NCBI GenBank assembly: GCA_027364845.1
Contig: DAHXOO010000008.1
Coordinates: 121-64,120 of the forward strand
DNA from: Pseudomonadota bacterium
GTDB lineage: Bacteria; Pseudomonadota; Gammaproteobacteria; Acidiferrobacterales; UBA6901
Direction: 5' to 3'
DNA: 64,000 nucleotides
Shown: positions 20,716 through 30,468 of the stretch, piece after piece
Numbering within the stretch: position 1 is the stretch's first letter
Layout: each line of letters begins with the position of its first letter
Position numbers and translations under genes: made by a program
The notes under the pieces: generated by a model
Told to the model about the DNA's origin: nothing
The model's database searches: none
Seen by the model: the letters and a program-made list of their open reading frames with translations, nothing else

Positions 20716-22506
20716 GTGCGCATGTTTTTGAAATGCACCGAACGGCGCAAGGACGGCAAGACGCACCGCTACTGGAGCGTGGTCGAGAACCGTCGGCTGG
20801 CCAAAGGCCGTATCGCTCAGCGCCACGTCCTGTATCTGGGTGAGATCAGCGACACGCAACAACAGGCATGGCGTAACACCGTCGAGGTCTTTGATGAGGG
20901 TCGCGCGCGCCAACTCGCCCTGGTGGCGCATGATGCCGGGGCGCTGGATGAGACGGATGTCGTCAGCCTTCGAATCAATGAGCTTACGCTCAATCGCCCG
21001 CGCCAGTGGGGGGCCTGCTGGCTCGCCGGCGTGCTGTGGAACCAACTGGCGTTACCGGAGTTCTGGGAAGCGCGGCTGGGTGCCTCGCGCAAAGGCACCC
21101 GGTGGGCGGCCGTCCTGCAGACGCTCGTCACCTACCGACTGATCGATCCGGGCAGCGAATGGCGCCTGCATCGCCACTGGTTTACCTCAAGCGCGATGGC
21201 CGACTTACTCGATGCCGATTTTACATTGGCCGAGAAAGACACCTTGTACCGTTGCCTCGATAAGCTCCTGGTGCACAAGGATGATCTGATCTCGCATTTG
21301 CGGGCGCGTTGGGGTGAGCTCTTCGCGGTCCGCTTCGATGTGTTGCTCTACGATCTGACCTCCACGTATGTGGAGTCCGACACGCCCCGTGGGGAAGAGG
21401 ATCTGCGTCAGTACGGGTACAGCCGCGACAAGCGCGGCGATTGCCGGCAGGTGGTCATCGGCCTGATTGTCACCCCGGAGGGCTTCCCGTTGAGTTACGA
21501 GGTACTCGCCGGCAACACCGCGGATTGCACCACGCTCGGAGACTTCTTGAAGCGCATCGAGGCGCGTTACGGCAAGGCGAATCGAGTCTGGGTCATGGAC
21601 AGAGGTGTGCCGACGGAGGCCACGCTGGCACAAATGCGGGCCATGGGCGCTTTCTATCTGGTCGGCACACCCAAAGGACGGCTCACGAAATTGGAGGGCG
21701 ATTTACTGGCACAGCCTTGGCAGCGGGTGCGTGAAGGATTACAGGTGAAGCAACGGCCGCATGAAGGGGAAACCTATGTCCTGGCCGCGAGTGAGAAGCG
21801 CGTCAGTAAAGAGCGCGCCATGCGTAAGCGTCGTCTCAAAAAATATGTGGCCACCTTGAAGCAATTGCAGGCGAAGCTTCCGGCACGGGATCAATTATTG
21901 ATGCGCATCGGGGCAGCCAGAAAAGCGGCCGGACGCGCCGCTGGTCTGATCACCCTTGAGTTGCCCAAGACGGATGAGGCGGTCACGGCGCAAACTTTTT
22001 GCTTCGCGCTCGATCGCAAGAAGTTGCGGCGAGCGCGGCGTCGCGAAGGCCGCTATTTGCTGCGCACCAACTTAACCGGTGATGATCCCTCGCAACTGTG
22101 GACCTTCTATGTGCAGCTGACCGAGGTCGAGCAGGCCTTCAAGGAACTCAAACACGATCTCGCGATCCGTCCGCTTTACCATCAACTCGAACATCGCATC
22201 GAGGCGCACATCTTCGTGGCCTTCCTCGCCTATTGTTTGCAAGTCACTCTCAAATATCGGTTGAAGCACCGGGCACCGGGATTAACGCCACGGGTGGCGC
22301 TCGAGAAGTTCAAAACGATCCAGATGATCGATGTGCAGATACCCACGAGTGATGGGCGAACGCTCACGCTCTGCCGTTACACCCAACCCGAGCCCGAGCA
22401 TCGTATGTTGCTCGATGTGCTGCAGCTGCGGTTGCCCGCCCAACCGCCCCCAAAGATTACCGCCAAACAACTCCGCGCCACCGTTGCCGACACCCGCGTG
22501 GCGTAG
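20716..22506 (+). CDS. IS1634-family transposase
   Basis: ~596 aa; 'RYWSVVENRRLAKGRIAQRHVLYLGEI', 'DVLLYDLTSTYVE', 'EVEQAFKELKHDLAIRPLYHQLEHRIEAHIFVAFLAYCL' YREK-like region. ATG at 20722 is also possible. Confidence 0.92.
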   Translation: MRMFLKCTERRKDGKTHRYWSVVENRRLAKGRIAQRHVLYLGEISDTQQQAWRNTVEVFDEGRARQLALVAHDAGALDETDVVSLRINELTLNRPRQWGACWLAGVLWNQLALPEFWEARLGASRKGTRWAAVLQTLVTYRLIDPGSEWRLHRHWFTSSAMADLLDADFTLAEKDTLYRCLDKLLVHKDDLISHLRARWGELFAVRFDVLLYDLTSTYVESDTPRGEEDLRQYGYSRDKRGDCRQVVIGLIVTPEGFPLSYEVLAGNTADCTTLGDFLKRIEARYGKANRVWVMDRGVPTEATLAQMRAMGAFYLVGTPKGRLTKLEGDLLAQPWQRVREGLQVKQRPHEGETYVLAASEKRVSKERAMRKRRLKKYVATLKQLQAKLPARDQLLMRIGAARKAAGRAAGLITLELPKTDEAVTAQTFCFALDRKKLRRARRREGRYLLRTNLTGDDPSQLWTFYVQLTEVEQAFKELKHDLAIRPLYHQLEHRIEAHIFVAFLAYCLQVTLKYRLKHRAPGLTPRVALEKFKTIQMIDVQIPTSDGRTLTLCRYTQPEPEHRMLLDVLQLRLPAQPPPKITAKQLRATVADTRVA

Positions 22507-22561
22507 TGCAGACTTTTAAGACCGCTACTCGATAAATCAAAGAGTTAGGATCGTCAGTACG

Positions 22562-22585
22562 GGCGAATAGCGAAAGATGGGCTAG
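22562..22585. repeat. right terminal inverted repeat of the IS
   Basis: GGCGAATAGCGAAAGATGGGCTAG, perfect reverse complement of 20557-20580. Confidence 0.93.
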
Positions 22586-22871
22586 ACATTCCATTCGAGA
22601 CTGACTGGACTCACCGACAGCCGTTTGTGCCAAATTGGCGTGAAACACCTACGCTTATGAAATTGCTGTCGGACGGTAGGTGCTCAATGTCTGAACAGAA
22701 GAAACTGAAGAGGGTGTCAGCAACCAGCGTGGGCTCTATCACGCTGGCGGTGCGCCGCCGGAATGGTCAACCCGGAAGGGTGAGCAGTCGCAACGTGTTG
22801 TCAGTTCAGCGCATCCTGCAAAATCGCCGCCCTGGAAGAGGCTGACCGGACGACGTTGGGACATTCGTGAT

Positions 22872-25800
22872 TCAGGGCAAATCAATCCGATAGTATAGGT
22901 CTACGCCACTGCCGACAGTACCCCCCTCGGTCTGCAACTCGACCGACTGGGTAAGGCGGTAGCGTAGACGCGCCACGGTACCGGCCCCAAAAATGGATTG
23001 GCCGATGCTGACGTAGAGATGCGGCGTCAGATAATGTCCCAAGGTGACCATGGTGCCGGCAAGCCCCTCGGCTTGGGTGGAACTGGTGCCCAGATTGGCA
23101 AAGCCCACGTCACCCAAAAGATTCTGCCTGAACAAAGTCGCCTGGGTGGTGGAGAAGAGCTGGCCGGCCGCCGCGGCCAGCAGGTTGTTCTGGCTTTGCA
23201 GTCCGCTTGCCGGGTATCCGAAGATCAGATAGGAGAGGACGTCAGTATCGGACATGGCGGGCACTGAGTAGAGCCGCACCTGGGGCGACTGCAAGGTGCC
23301 AGTCACCTGTACGCCCGCCTGTATCCTCTCTTGATTCATCCCGAAACTGGTAGCAGCGATGTGGCGCAGTGCCAGGACGTCCAGCACCGCCAGATTCGGT
23401 GGCCCATGAAAGCGGATGACACCCCGGGTGAAATTCAAGTTCTTACCATAGATCTGATAGCGGCCGTTGACCATGTGCAGCACCCCTTCCACCTGGGGCG
23501 GCTGCCCACCTTGGACCCTGACCTGAAGATTTCCCTGTAGGTCAGATTGCAGACCACCCATGATAACTTTGGCATCATTACCCAGGGCGATACGCAAACT
23601 GCCGTCGAAGGTGGGACCGCTGCCGGATTCAGCTTGGGTTTTCACAAACACCACGTCCGCGCTCGGGCGCACGCCGCCGATCTGACTTCCCAGGATGTGC
23701 AATTGGTCTGCGGTTACATCCCCCGTGATGCCGATACGCCGCCAACCGCCCTCTATGGTGATGTTCGGTGTCACGGCAGCGGTGACTTCCGGCAGGTTGA
23801 GAATGGCGAAGTCCTTGCCGGTCACCTGCATCTGGTAATGGGATGGGGTAAAACCAGATAGCGTGACCATCCCCTGCCCGCCGATGCTTCCTTTCCCTGA
23901 AGTCGCGTGAAATTGGCTGATGGTCAACCGCTCGCCTTCGGCCTGCAACTGCGCGCCGATCCCGGTCACGGTGATGCCTGCTTGGGGGATGAAAACAGCA
24001 GCGTCTCGCAACGCCGCACGGCCGCTCCACTTGGGGTGCTCCCAGGTTCCAGCAAGTTTGAGATTGCCGCTGAATCGCCAAGTGGGGCGTACAGTCACTT
24101 GGCGAAGTGGGGCAGCTAACAGCAGGCTGTGCCTGATATTGAAAAGGAATTTCCCCTGCACTGGGCCCGCCGGTGGCCATTGGAACGGGATGCCTAAGGA
24201 AATGGGCAAGGTCGCGGTCGCCTGTGCCACACCGAAACCTTGAGCCAGACTTAGCCGGCTTTCGATGTTGAGCACCTTGTGTGCCGCATGCAGGTGGCCG
24301 GCCCAAGATGATATGGGAACCTGGATTGTCCGGCCCGCCGGCTCGCGCCAAATGAGCATGGCTTCCCGCAGGTTGGCGTCTCCATCGCCCGTGCAGTGCC
24401 CCGCGCACCGGGCGACGAGATCGAGATCGGTCCGCCCCTTCACCTGCACCTCCCCCGAAGCGGAAGCCAGGTCCAGCGGAAGAGCGCGGACGTGCAAAGA
24501 TCCCTGTCCTTTCCGGTCGGCAAAAGTCCAATTTCCCTCCAAACGGATACTGGCCCCCCGGCTGTCAGCGAGACTCACGGTGGAGATCGCGAGACGTCCG
24601 CTGCTCCAGTCGATCCGGACCGGCGCCGTCAGATCCCAGTGGCCGAGGCGCTGGCCTTCGACCCCCAGGCGCTGCAAGACCGTATTCCACACAGCTGCGT
24701 GGCGCGATACCTTGGCGGCGAGGTGTATCACATCGTCCCGCCAGTGGACCTCAATACGACTCTCGAAGGCAGCCAGCGTACCCTGGGCATGGACATCCAA
24801 AGCGATATCTTCTCCGGCGACATGGACCCCCTGGGCCTGCAGATCCATATTGGTCTTACCGTCCGCGCGTGATGTAGCGGTAAGGTGCAAGGCGGCCACC
24901 CGGTAAGCATCGAAACTCAGCCCCTGCGCCTGGCCCTTTATTTGGCCCTGCCAGCGCCCGTTGGGGTGGGCTACCCAGCCCGAAATACGGCTTCCCCCCC
25001 GAAACTTTGGAAAAATGCCGGCCCATCGAGAGACCTGGGCAGTAAAATCAATCCGCCTCTCCAGCTCTCCAGCAGCAGTCAAGTTCAGACCGGGGCCTTT
25101 GAGGTCCAAGGCGTCCACCCGAAAGACACGCGGTGCAAAGCTTAGTCGGACCTGGCCTCGCAGGCTCTGCCGATAGACGTAACTGGGGCCAAGATCCAAA
25201 GTCAGATTTCCTCCCGATCCGTTGATCTCTTTCGCCAATCGCAGCCCCAGAGTGCCATTCAAGTTGGCTTGCACGTGCGGCAGCAGCATTCCTGGATTCA
25301 CGCCAGTAAATGTCAGGCTCGCCGCAACGTGCCAACTGGGGCGCCATCTCAGCCTTAGCCACCCTCCTGTCGAAAGCCCTCCCAGAAGACGGCCGGAAAC
25401 AGAGGCCATCCGGAATCCGGCTTCGTTCCCCGCAAGATCTCCGGCCAGCTGCCAATGGAACTTGGGGGCCTGAAACACGATATGCCCGTGGTAGGCCAGA
25501 GGGTTGCCTTCCAGTTGCAGATCCACGGCATAGGGCGCGGCGGAAATGGTCTTGGGCAAATCCAGCAGATATAGGTCCTTCCCGTGCAGACTTAAACGAT
25601 AGGGTTGCGAAGGAGGACCGAGAGAAAGGACGGCATCCACCAGAGCCGGTTGGCTCAATTGGGGAATAAGCACGCGCGCGTTGCGCAGTTGGAAAGCATG
25701 TCGCTCCAGAAAGAGATCCGCGGTGACAGTCATGGGGAGATTGCCTTCAATGCGGACAGCCACCGGCCCACCCATAGCCGCCATGCTGGGCTTCCAGTCG

Positions 25801-26420
25801 ACGCCCCAGACGGCGCGCGTACCGGGCGAGGTCCAGCTACCGAATGTCTTCAGGCTGTGCACGGTCCATCCCAGATCCAGGGAACCTTCCGCCTGCCCCT
25901 CAGGCAAAGCAAAGCGAAAATGGCTCGAATGCAGTCCCTCGCCAGTCCACGCCAATTCTCCCGCAAAGTACCGCAAGTCGAACTGCTGTTGATGCCCTCT
26001 CCGCAATGTCAGCCGCGCGAGGTCCAGGTGCTCGATTCGCACATGCAAGAGATGGGACCACAGAGGCATTGGCGGCAGGGAAAGATCCGGCACTTCCGCA
26101 AGTTTTTTCGACGACGCCAGATGGATCTCTGCGCCGCGCACCCGCAGTGTTCTGACCAAGACCTGCCTCTGCCATAAGGCCACCGGCATCCAGTCAAGGT
26201 CGAGATGATCGACCACCACCCACTCCGCGCCTGCACGCCAATGCACTCCCTGCAATTCCAAAGGGCCCGCCAGGCTACCCTGCACGGACACTACCTCCAG
26301 GCCAGGAATGCGCTTCAGGGCCCAAAGGGCCCCGGCAGGAGTGAAAAACAACCAGTACCAGACCCAGGCCACTGCCAACAAAGGCAGAGCGAACAAAAGA
26401 GAGACGAGAACCCGTCTCAC
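22872..26420 (-). CDS. tamB: translocation/assembly module protein TamB (DUF490)
   Basis: 1182 aa, N-terminal TM, AsmA/TamB-like repetitive beta protein; C-terminal 'VLSYLIFGYP ... LGYFLTPHLYVSIGQSIFG' type block; downstream of tamA. Confidence 0.93.
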   Translation of the reverse strand: MRRVLVSLLFALPLLAVAWVWYWLFFTPAGALWALKRIPGLEVVSVQGSLAGPLELQGVHWRAGAEWVVVDHLDLDWMPVALWQRQVLVRTLRVRGAEIHLASSKKLAEVPDLSLPPMPLWSHLLHVRIEHLDLARLTLRRGHQQQFDLRYFAGELAWTGEGLHSSHFRFALPEGQAEGSLDLGWTVHSLKTFGSWTSPGTRAVWGVDWKPSMAAMGGPVAVRIEGNLPMTVTADLFLERHAFQLRNARVLIPQLSQPALVDAVLSLGPPSQPYRLSLHGKDLYLLDLPKTISAAPYAVDLQLEGNPLAYHGHIVFQAPKFHWQLAGDLAGNEAGFRMASVSGRLLGGLSTGGWLRLRWRPSWHVAASLTFTGVNPGMLLPHVQANLNGTLGLRLAKEINGSGGNLTLDLGPSYVYRQSLRGQVRLSFAPRVFRVDALDLKGPGLNLTAAGELERRIDFTAQVSRWAGIFPKFRGGSRISGWVAHPNGRWQGQIKGQAQGLSFDAYRVAALHLTATSRADGKTNMDLQAQGVHVAGEDIALDVHAQGTLAAFESRIEVHWRDDVIHLAAKVSRHAAVWNTVLQRLGVEGQRLGHWDLTAPVRIDWSSGRLAISTVSLADSRGASIRLEGNWTFADRKGQGSLHVRALPLDLASASGEVQVKGRTDLDLVARCAGHCTGDGDANLREAMLIWREPAGRTIQVPISSWAGHLHAAHKVLNIESRLSLAQGFGVAQATATLPISLGIPFQWPPAGPVQGKFLFNIRHSLLLAAPLRQVTVRPTWRFSGNLKLAGTWEHPKWSGRAALRDAAVFIPQAGITVTGIGAQLQAEGERLTISQFHATSGKGSIGGQGMVTLSGFTPSHYQMQVTGKDFAILNLPEVTAAVTPNITIEGGWRRIGITGDVTADQLHILGSQIGGVRPSADVVFVKTQAESGSGPTFDGSLRIALGNDAKVIMGGLQSDLQGNLQVRVQGGQPPQVEGVLHMVNGRYQIYGKNLNFTRGVIRFHGPPNLAVLDVLALRHIAATSFGMNQERIQAGVQVTGTLQSPQVRLYSVPAMSDTDVLSYLIFGYPASGLQSQNNLLAAAAGQLFSTTQATLFRQNLLGDVGFANLGTSSTQAEGLAGTMVTLGHYLTPHLYVSIGQSIFGAGTVARLRYRLTQSVELQTEGGTVGSGVDLYYRIDLP

Positions 26421-28183
26421 AGACTGACTCCCACGGAGAAAATCACGCGCAGGTACGGGGCACGGGGGCTAACCAACGGATGGGCGACGTCTAAGCGTAC
26501 CGGGCCGAAGGGTGAGTACCAGCGCACGCCAATCCCCACGTCTCGCAGGACACGGAACTCAGCAAAGTTATTGAAAGCATTGCCGACGTGATAAAAGATC
26601 ACTATGCCCCAATCCTTCCGGATGAACCGTTCCACCTCCGCGCCACCCACCAGAAGGTCGCTGCCGCCCAACACCACACCGTTCAGCTCCGGACCTTGAG
26701 AAAGATAGGCATAACCCGGCAAGGTGCTCTGGCCGCCGGCGAAAAAGCGCAGGGTGGGCGGCAGGAGGTCGATGGAACCCGGTAACCAGGTGGCTCCTGC
26801 CTCTCCCCGCAGCCCCACACCCCATTTGGTGCTCAAGAAGTGGCGCCATACTCCATGCACACGCATTTGCGCGAAATTCGCATCACTAGCCAGCGCCCGC
26901 GTCCCGCCCTGGATGGTAACGTCCCAGGAATAACCTTCCAGGGGACGTACCGGATTTGGAAAACCCTGCACCGAGTAACGCAGGGAAGGGATAATGAAAC
27001 GCGCCCGACCGGACAGTCCATCAATGCTATAGTTAATTTTCTGATAGGACAGCAGCGCGCCAAGGTTAGCGCCGCCCCCCATATACCAGTCACGCCCAAA
27101 ACCGGTGTCGAAGACATCGGCACTGTACGGCACCAGATTCAAATGCCGGAAGCTGGCTTCAGCGATGTACCGGGAACCGAGGCGATCCCCCACCGGCCAT
27201 GTGTAGCTGGCGCCTACATCCAGGGTCCGCTGAGCCAGGGTCAATGACAGGTGCGCGTGCTGACCGCGGCGAAAAGCGTTGTAATTATCGTAGCCCAGCC
27301 CCAGGTTGGCACCCAGATCCGAGCTGTAGCCCACCCCCACCTTCAGGCGCTTGGGCCGGAGAGATTTTAGTATTACCGTCACGGGTATACGCCCGTCCCT
27401 GGCATGCTGCAGATCAGAAAGAACAGCAATCTCCGAAAACCTGTCGGCATTGCGGAGATTAGCCTGGGTGCTCGCGAGTCGGGTCGAGCTGTACCAGTCA
27501 CCAGGGCCAAAGTCCAAATAGCGAGCGAGGAAGCGGCGAGGATAGGTCTTTGCCCCCTGAAAGACGACTTTGCCGAAGCGATAACGGCTGCCGCTGTTCA
27601 CGGTGAGGAAGATGTCCGCCCAGTGCTCCTTCCGATCGATGAGAATTTCATGACGGGAGAAATCGGCTCTGGCGTAGCCTTCCGCATGGAGGGCGTTCAG
27701 GGTCTTGGCCTTCCAGTCGTCATAGAGGGACTGATCGAGGGCTTCTCCTTGCCGCAGCGGGAACATCTCAAGCAATTGATGCAGGACCGGAACCCCGCTG
27801 CCGGGCCCCTCTGCACGCAGGGTGGCGTTTCGCACCATGATGCGCGGACCAAGTCGAAGCGCGAAGGTCAGGATGTAATCGCTTCCCCGTTGGACAACAT
27901 GCTCCTTCCAGCGGGCATCGTAATACCCGTATACCTCCAGGGCCTGGCGCAGCCGGAGGGCCGCCGCCATCCGGGCATCGGTGAGCCCCGCGAGAGGGTC
28001 GACTATGGGCGCCGGCGGCATGACATTCGCCAGGTGGCTGCGCAGGACGCCCGGAGCGCCGGTGATCCGGAAGCGCAGCTCCGCCGCCCAAACGGGAGAC
28101 ATCATCAGCAATCCCCAACTCAGGAGCAACCCGCTGACGAGAATTGGCTTGCGCTGCTTCAAAAACAGTCCGCGTCCATCCAT
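26417..28183 (-). CDS. tamA: autotransporter assembly complex outer-membrane protein TamA
   Basis: 588 aa; signal peptide, POTRA region, Omp85 barrel with 'GGSDLLVGGAEVERFIRKDWGIVIFYHVGNAFNNF' and 'GIGVRWYSPFGPVRLDVAHPL'; overlaps tamB start. Confidence 0.93.
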   Translation of the reverse strand: MDGRGLFLKQRKPILVSGLLLSWGLLMMSPVWAAELRFRITGAPGVLRSHLANVMPPAPIVDPLAGLTDARMAAALRLRQALEVYGYYDARWKEHVVQRGSDYILTFALRLGPRIMVRNATLRAEGPGSGVPVLHQLLEMFPLRQGEALDQSLYDDWKAKTLNALHAEGYARADFSRHEILIDRKEHWADIFLTVNSGSRYRFGKVVFQGAKTYPRRFLARYLDFGPGDWYSSTRLASTQANLRNADRFSEIAVLSDLQHARDGRIPVTVILKSLRPKRLKVGVGYSSDLGANLGLGYDNYNAFRRGQHAHLSLTLAQRTLDVGASYTWPVGDRLGSRYIAEASFRHLNLVPYSADVFDTGFGRDWYMGGGANLGALLSYQKINYSIDGLSGRARFIIPSLRYSVQGFPNPVRPLEGYSWDVTIQGGTRALASDANFAQMRVHGVWRHFLSTKWGVGLRGEAGATWLPGSIDLLPPTLRFFAGGQSTLPGYAYLSQGPELNGVVLGGSDLLVGGAEVERFIRKDWGIVIFYHVGNAFNNFAEFRVLRDVGIGVRWYSPFGPVRLDVAHPLVSPRAPYLRVIFSVGVSL

Positions 28184-29047
28184 TGCCTGTGCCGAACCTT
28201 GGATACCCGGATGCCAAGCGTTTTAGCTGAGTTCGACAGACGCTGTAACGCGCTGGAATGAGAGAAACCTTGCTCTAGCACCGGCTCAATGGCTTCTGCC
28301 TGAAACTCCTTCGCGTGTTTCTGACTTGGTGGCTTTTCCATCCAATGCCTCCGATATTCACATTATCAAGCTGAAGCTGCTGCTTTTCCGAGCCCAGCAC
28401 AGAGATGTTGTCCGATTCCATCCTGCGGGCCTGCCGCTTCCGGGCAGTGGCTGAATGTAACCCTGCGGATCAGCCTGGGCGGGAGGCCCGTCTGTAGCAA
28501 GAGCGCGGCGACACAGCTGATGGCAGCCAAAAATGTCAACGCGCGATCCAGGTTACGGGCATCAACCAAGCTGCGACTGTAGAATGCCGGATGTATCCCG
28601 CCAGCATGAAGGATCTCCACGGCTGCGAAATCATAGGCTTTGCGAAAGGCGGCCGTGCGACCCAAGACCCAGCGGGCCCGTGGTCTGCTTCAGGCCGTTG
28701 CCGCCAGGTGATCCGCGCCATAGAAACTGCCACGACAACGCTCTGGCGGAAAGCTTCAGGAGCAGATGCAAATACGAACTGTTGCATCGGTACTGTCATA
28801 GAACCGCCGAGCAGACACGCTGTGAGATCACTAATACATCAAAATCTTCCAAGATCGCAAGCAGCGGCACTCGCGATCCAGGTATTCATCGCCGGCGGCA
28901 TACACGCACTGGTACCGCCGTCGGCGGCAAATGGCATGATACGGCAATTTTTAGATTCTACTATTGTCGATCGTGGGTCATGAGGCCGTTGACCGGAACG
29001 ACGTCCGGCCCTATATTTGATACAAGATCACTTCAGACAAGCGGGAC

Positions 29048-29275
29048 ATGGACAGCGAAAACCTGGCAAAACTTGAAGAGCGCATCAATGAGCTCATCGA
29101 TACCTGCCGACGCTTAAATCGCGAAAATCATGCGCTGCAGTCGGATCGCAGGAATCTTGCAGACGAGCACGGAAATCTTGCGGACGAGCACGCACGCCTG
29201 GTGGAGAAAACCCAGATCGCGCGCGCGCGCATCGAGGCGATGATCGGCCGCTTAAAGGCACTGGAGCGCAGCTAA
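29048..29275 (+). CDS. ZapB-like/TIGR02449-type small coiled-coil protein
   Basis: 75 aa coiled coil 'LEERINELIDTCRRLNRENHALQSDR...RARIEAMIGRLKALE', immediately upstream of zapA. Confidence 0.8.
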   Translation: MDSENLAKLEERINELIDTCRRLNRENHALQSDRRNLADEHGNLADEHARLVEKTQIARARIEAMIGRLKALERS

Positions 29276-29581
29276 GTGAAGACCGCGCAGGGGGGAGTCA
29301 ACATTTCGATTCTGGGCAAGGATCTAATGGTAGCGTGCCCAGACAGTGAACGCACTGCACTGATTGCCGCTGCGCGTTATCTCGACGAGAAGATGCGCGA
29401 AATCCAGGACAGCGGGAAGGTCATCGGAGCCGAGCGCTGCGCGGTAATGGCTGCGCTGAACCTCGCCAATGAGCTTCTGGAATTGCGCAAGCAGGCTACG
29501 AGCGTTCCGGCCGACATCGATCACCGGCTGCAGTTTCTGCGGGGCAAGATTGATGCTGCCTTGCATGAAGAGATCCTGTAA
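29276..29581 (+). CDS. zapA: cell division protein ZapA
   Basis: 101 aa, GTG start; 'VNISILGKDLMVACPDSERTALIAAARYLDEKMREI...AVMAALNLANELLELRK'. Confidence 0.92.
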   Translation: MKTAQGGVNISILGKDLMVACPDSERTALIAAARYLDEKMREIQDSGKVIGAERCAVMAALNLANELLELRKQATSVPADIDHRLQFLRGKIDAALHEEIL

Positions 29582-29611
29582 ATTTTGCTTTTCTCGATTT
29601 TGGCATGCAGA

Positions 29612-29806
29612 GTTATGGCGCCCTCTGCAGTGTACGTATCCGCTTTTGGTCCCTTGAACCTATATTTTCAATGCCTGGGGGCCGCTAAAGCAGATGCTGT
29701 TGTGCAAGTCCGCCTCGTAGCGGAACGCCTGATGTGTCTCAGTGGCTCCCACCTGGACCTTCGGTTCAGGGCAAAGGGGCGGTACGGCACAGGCGGAGGG
29801 CGCCTC
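29612..29806 (+). ncRNA. ssrS: 6S RNA
   Basis: Between zapA and 5-FCL as in E. coli/Pseudomonas. Closing stem GGCGCCCTC (29617)/GAGGGCGCC (29796-29804), 'GTCCCTTGAACCTATATTTTCAATGCCTGGGGGCCGC' 5' motif and 'CCACCTGGACCTTCGGTTCAGGGC' 3' motif. Ends approximate. Confidence 0.85.
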
Positions 29807-29814
29807 CTTTTCGT

Positions 29815-30414
29815 GTGAGCACGATTGCATCGAAGACCGAGCAGCGGCAGCGCTTGCGGAACATGCGCGCTGCTTTGCGGCCAGCGCAACAGACGCGGGC
29901 CGCAGCGCTGTTGGCAAGCAGGGTCGCGGCTACGTCGATGTTCCGTTCGGCGCGTCGGGTAGCCTGTTATCTTCCCACCGACGGCGAAATCGATCCGCGT
30001 CCGCTGATGCAGCGCATGTGGCAAATGCGCAAGCACTGCTACCTGCCCATCCTGTCGCGCCTTTTCTATGACCGGCTGTGGTTCGCGCCGGTGATGCCAC
30101 ACTCCAGATTCTTGCTGAACCGCTTCGGCATTCCGGAGCCAGTGACCGCGCCACGCAAATGGGTGCGCGCGCAAGAACTCGATCTGATATTGCTACCGCT
30201 GGTCGGGTTTGACCTGAAGGGCAATCGCCTCGGAATGGGCGGCGGATTCTACGACCGCAGCCTTGAATTTCTGCGCGGACGCTGCTGCTGGATGCGTCCC
30301 AAGCTGATCGGGCTGGCGCATGACTTCCAGAGGCTGGAGAACCTTGTTCCGTCACCCTGGGACGTACCACTCCAGGGTGTCGCGACAGATTGCGCACTCT
30401 ACCTGACGGCGTGA
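29815..30414 (+). CDS. 5-formyltetrahydrofolate cyclo-ligase
   Basis: GTG at 29815; 'VACYLPTDGEID', 'DLILLPLVGFDLKGNRLGMGGGFYDRSLEFLR' signature. Confidence 0.92.
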   Translation: MSTIASKTEQRQRLRNMRAALRPAQQTRAAALLASRVAATSMFRSARRVACYLPTDGEIDPRPLMQRMWQMRKHCYLPILSRLFYDRLWFAPVMPHSRFLLNRFGIPEPVTAPRKWVRAQELDLILLPLVGFDLKGNRLGMGGGFYDRSLEFLRGRCCWMRPKLIGLAHDFQRLENLVPSPWDVPLQGVATDCALYLTA

Positions 30415-30468
30415 GCGACAACTACCGGCCGTCACTTGCGGTATCCGATTCTCAACGAGCACAGGACG

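Larger units (their letters stand above)
20557..22585 (+). mobile_element. IS1634-family (IS4 superfamily) insertion sequence
   Basis: 24-bp perfect terminal inverted repeat: CTAGCCCATCTTTCGCTATTCGCC at 20557-20580 and its reverse complement at 22562-22585, enclosing a ~590 aa transposase. Outer CTAG could be the target duplication instead of IS sequence. Confidence 0.9.

Noticed and set aside
22872-26420. Numerous short plus-strand ORFs inside tamB
   Set aside because: Shadow ORFs of a long conserved repetitive-beta gene.
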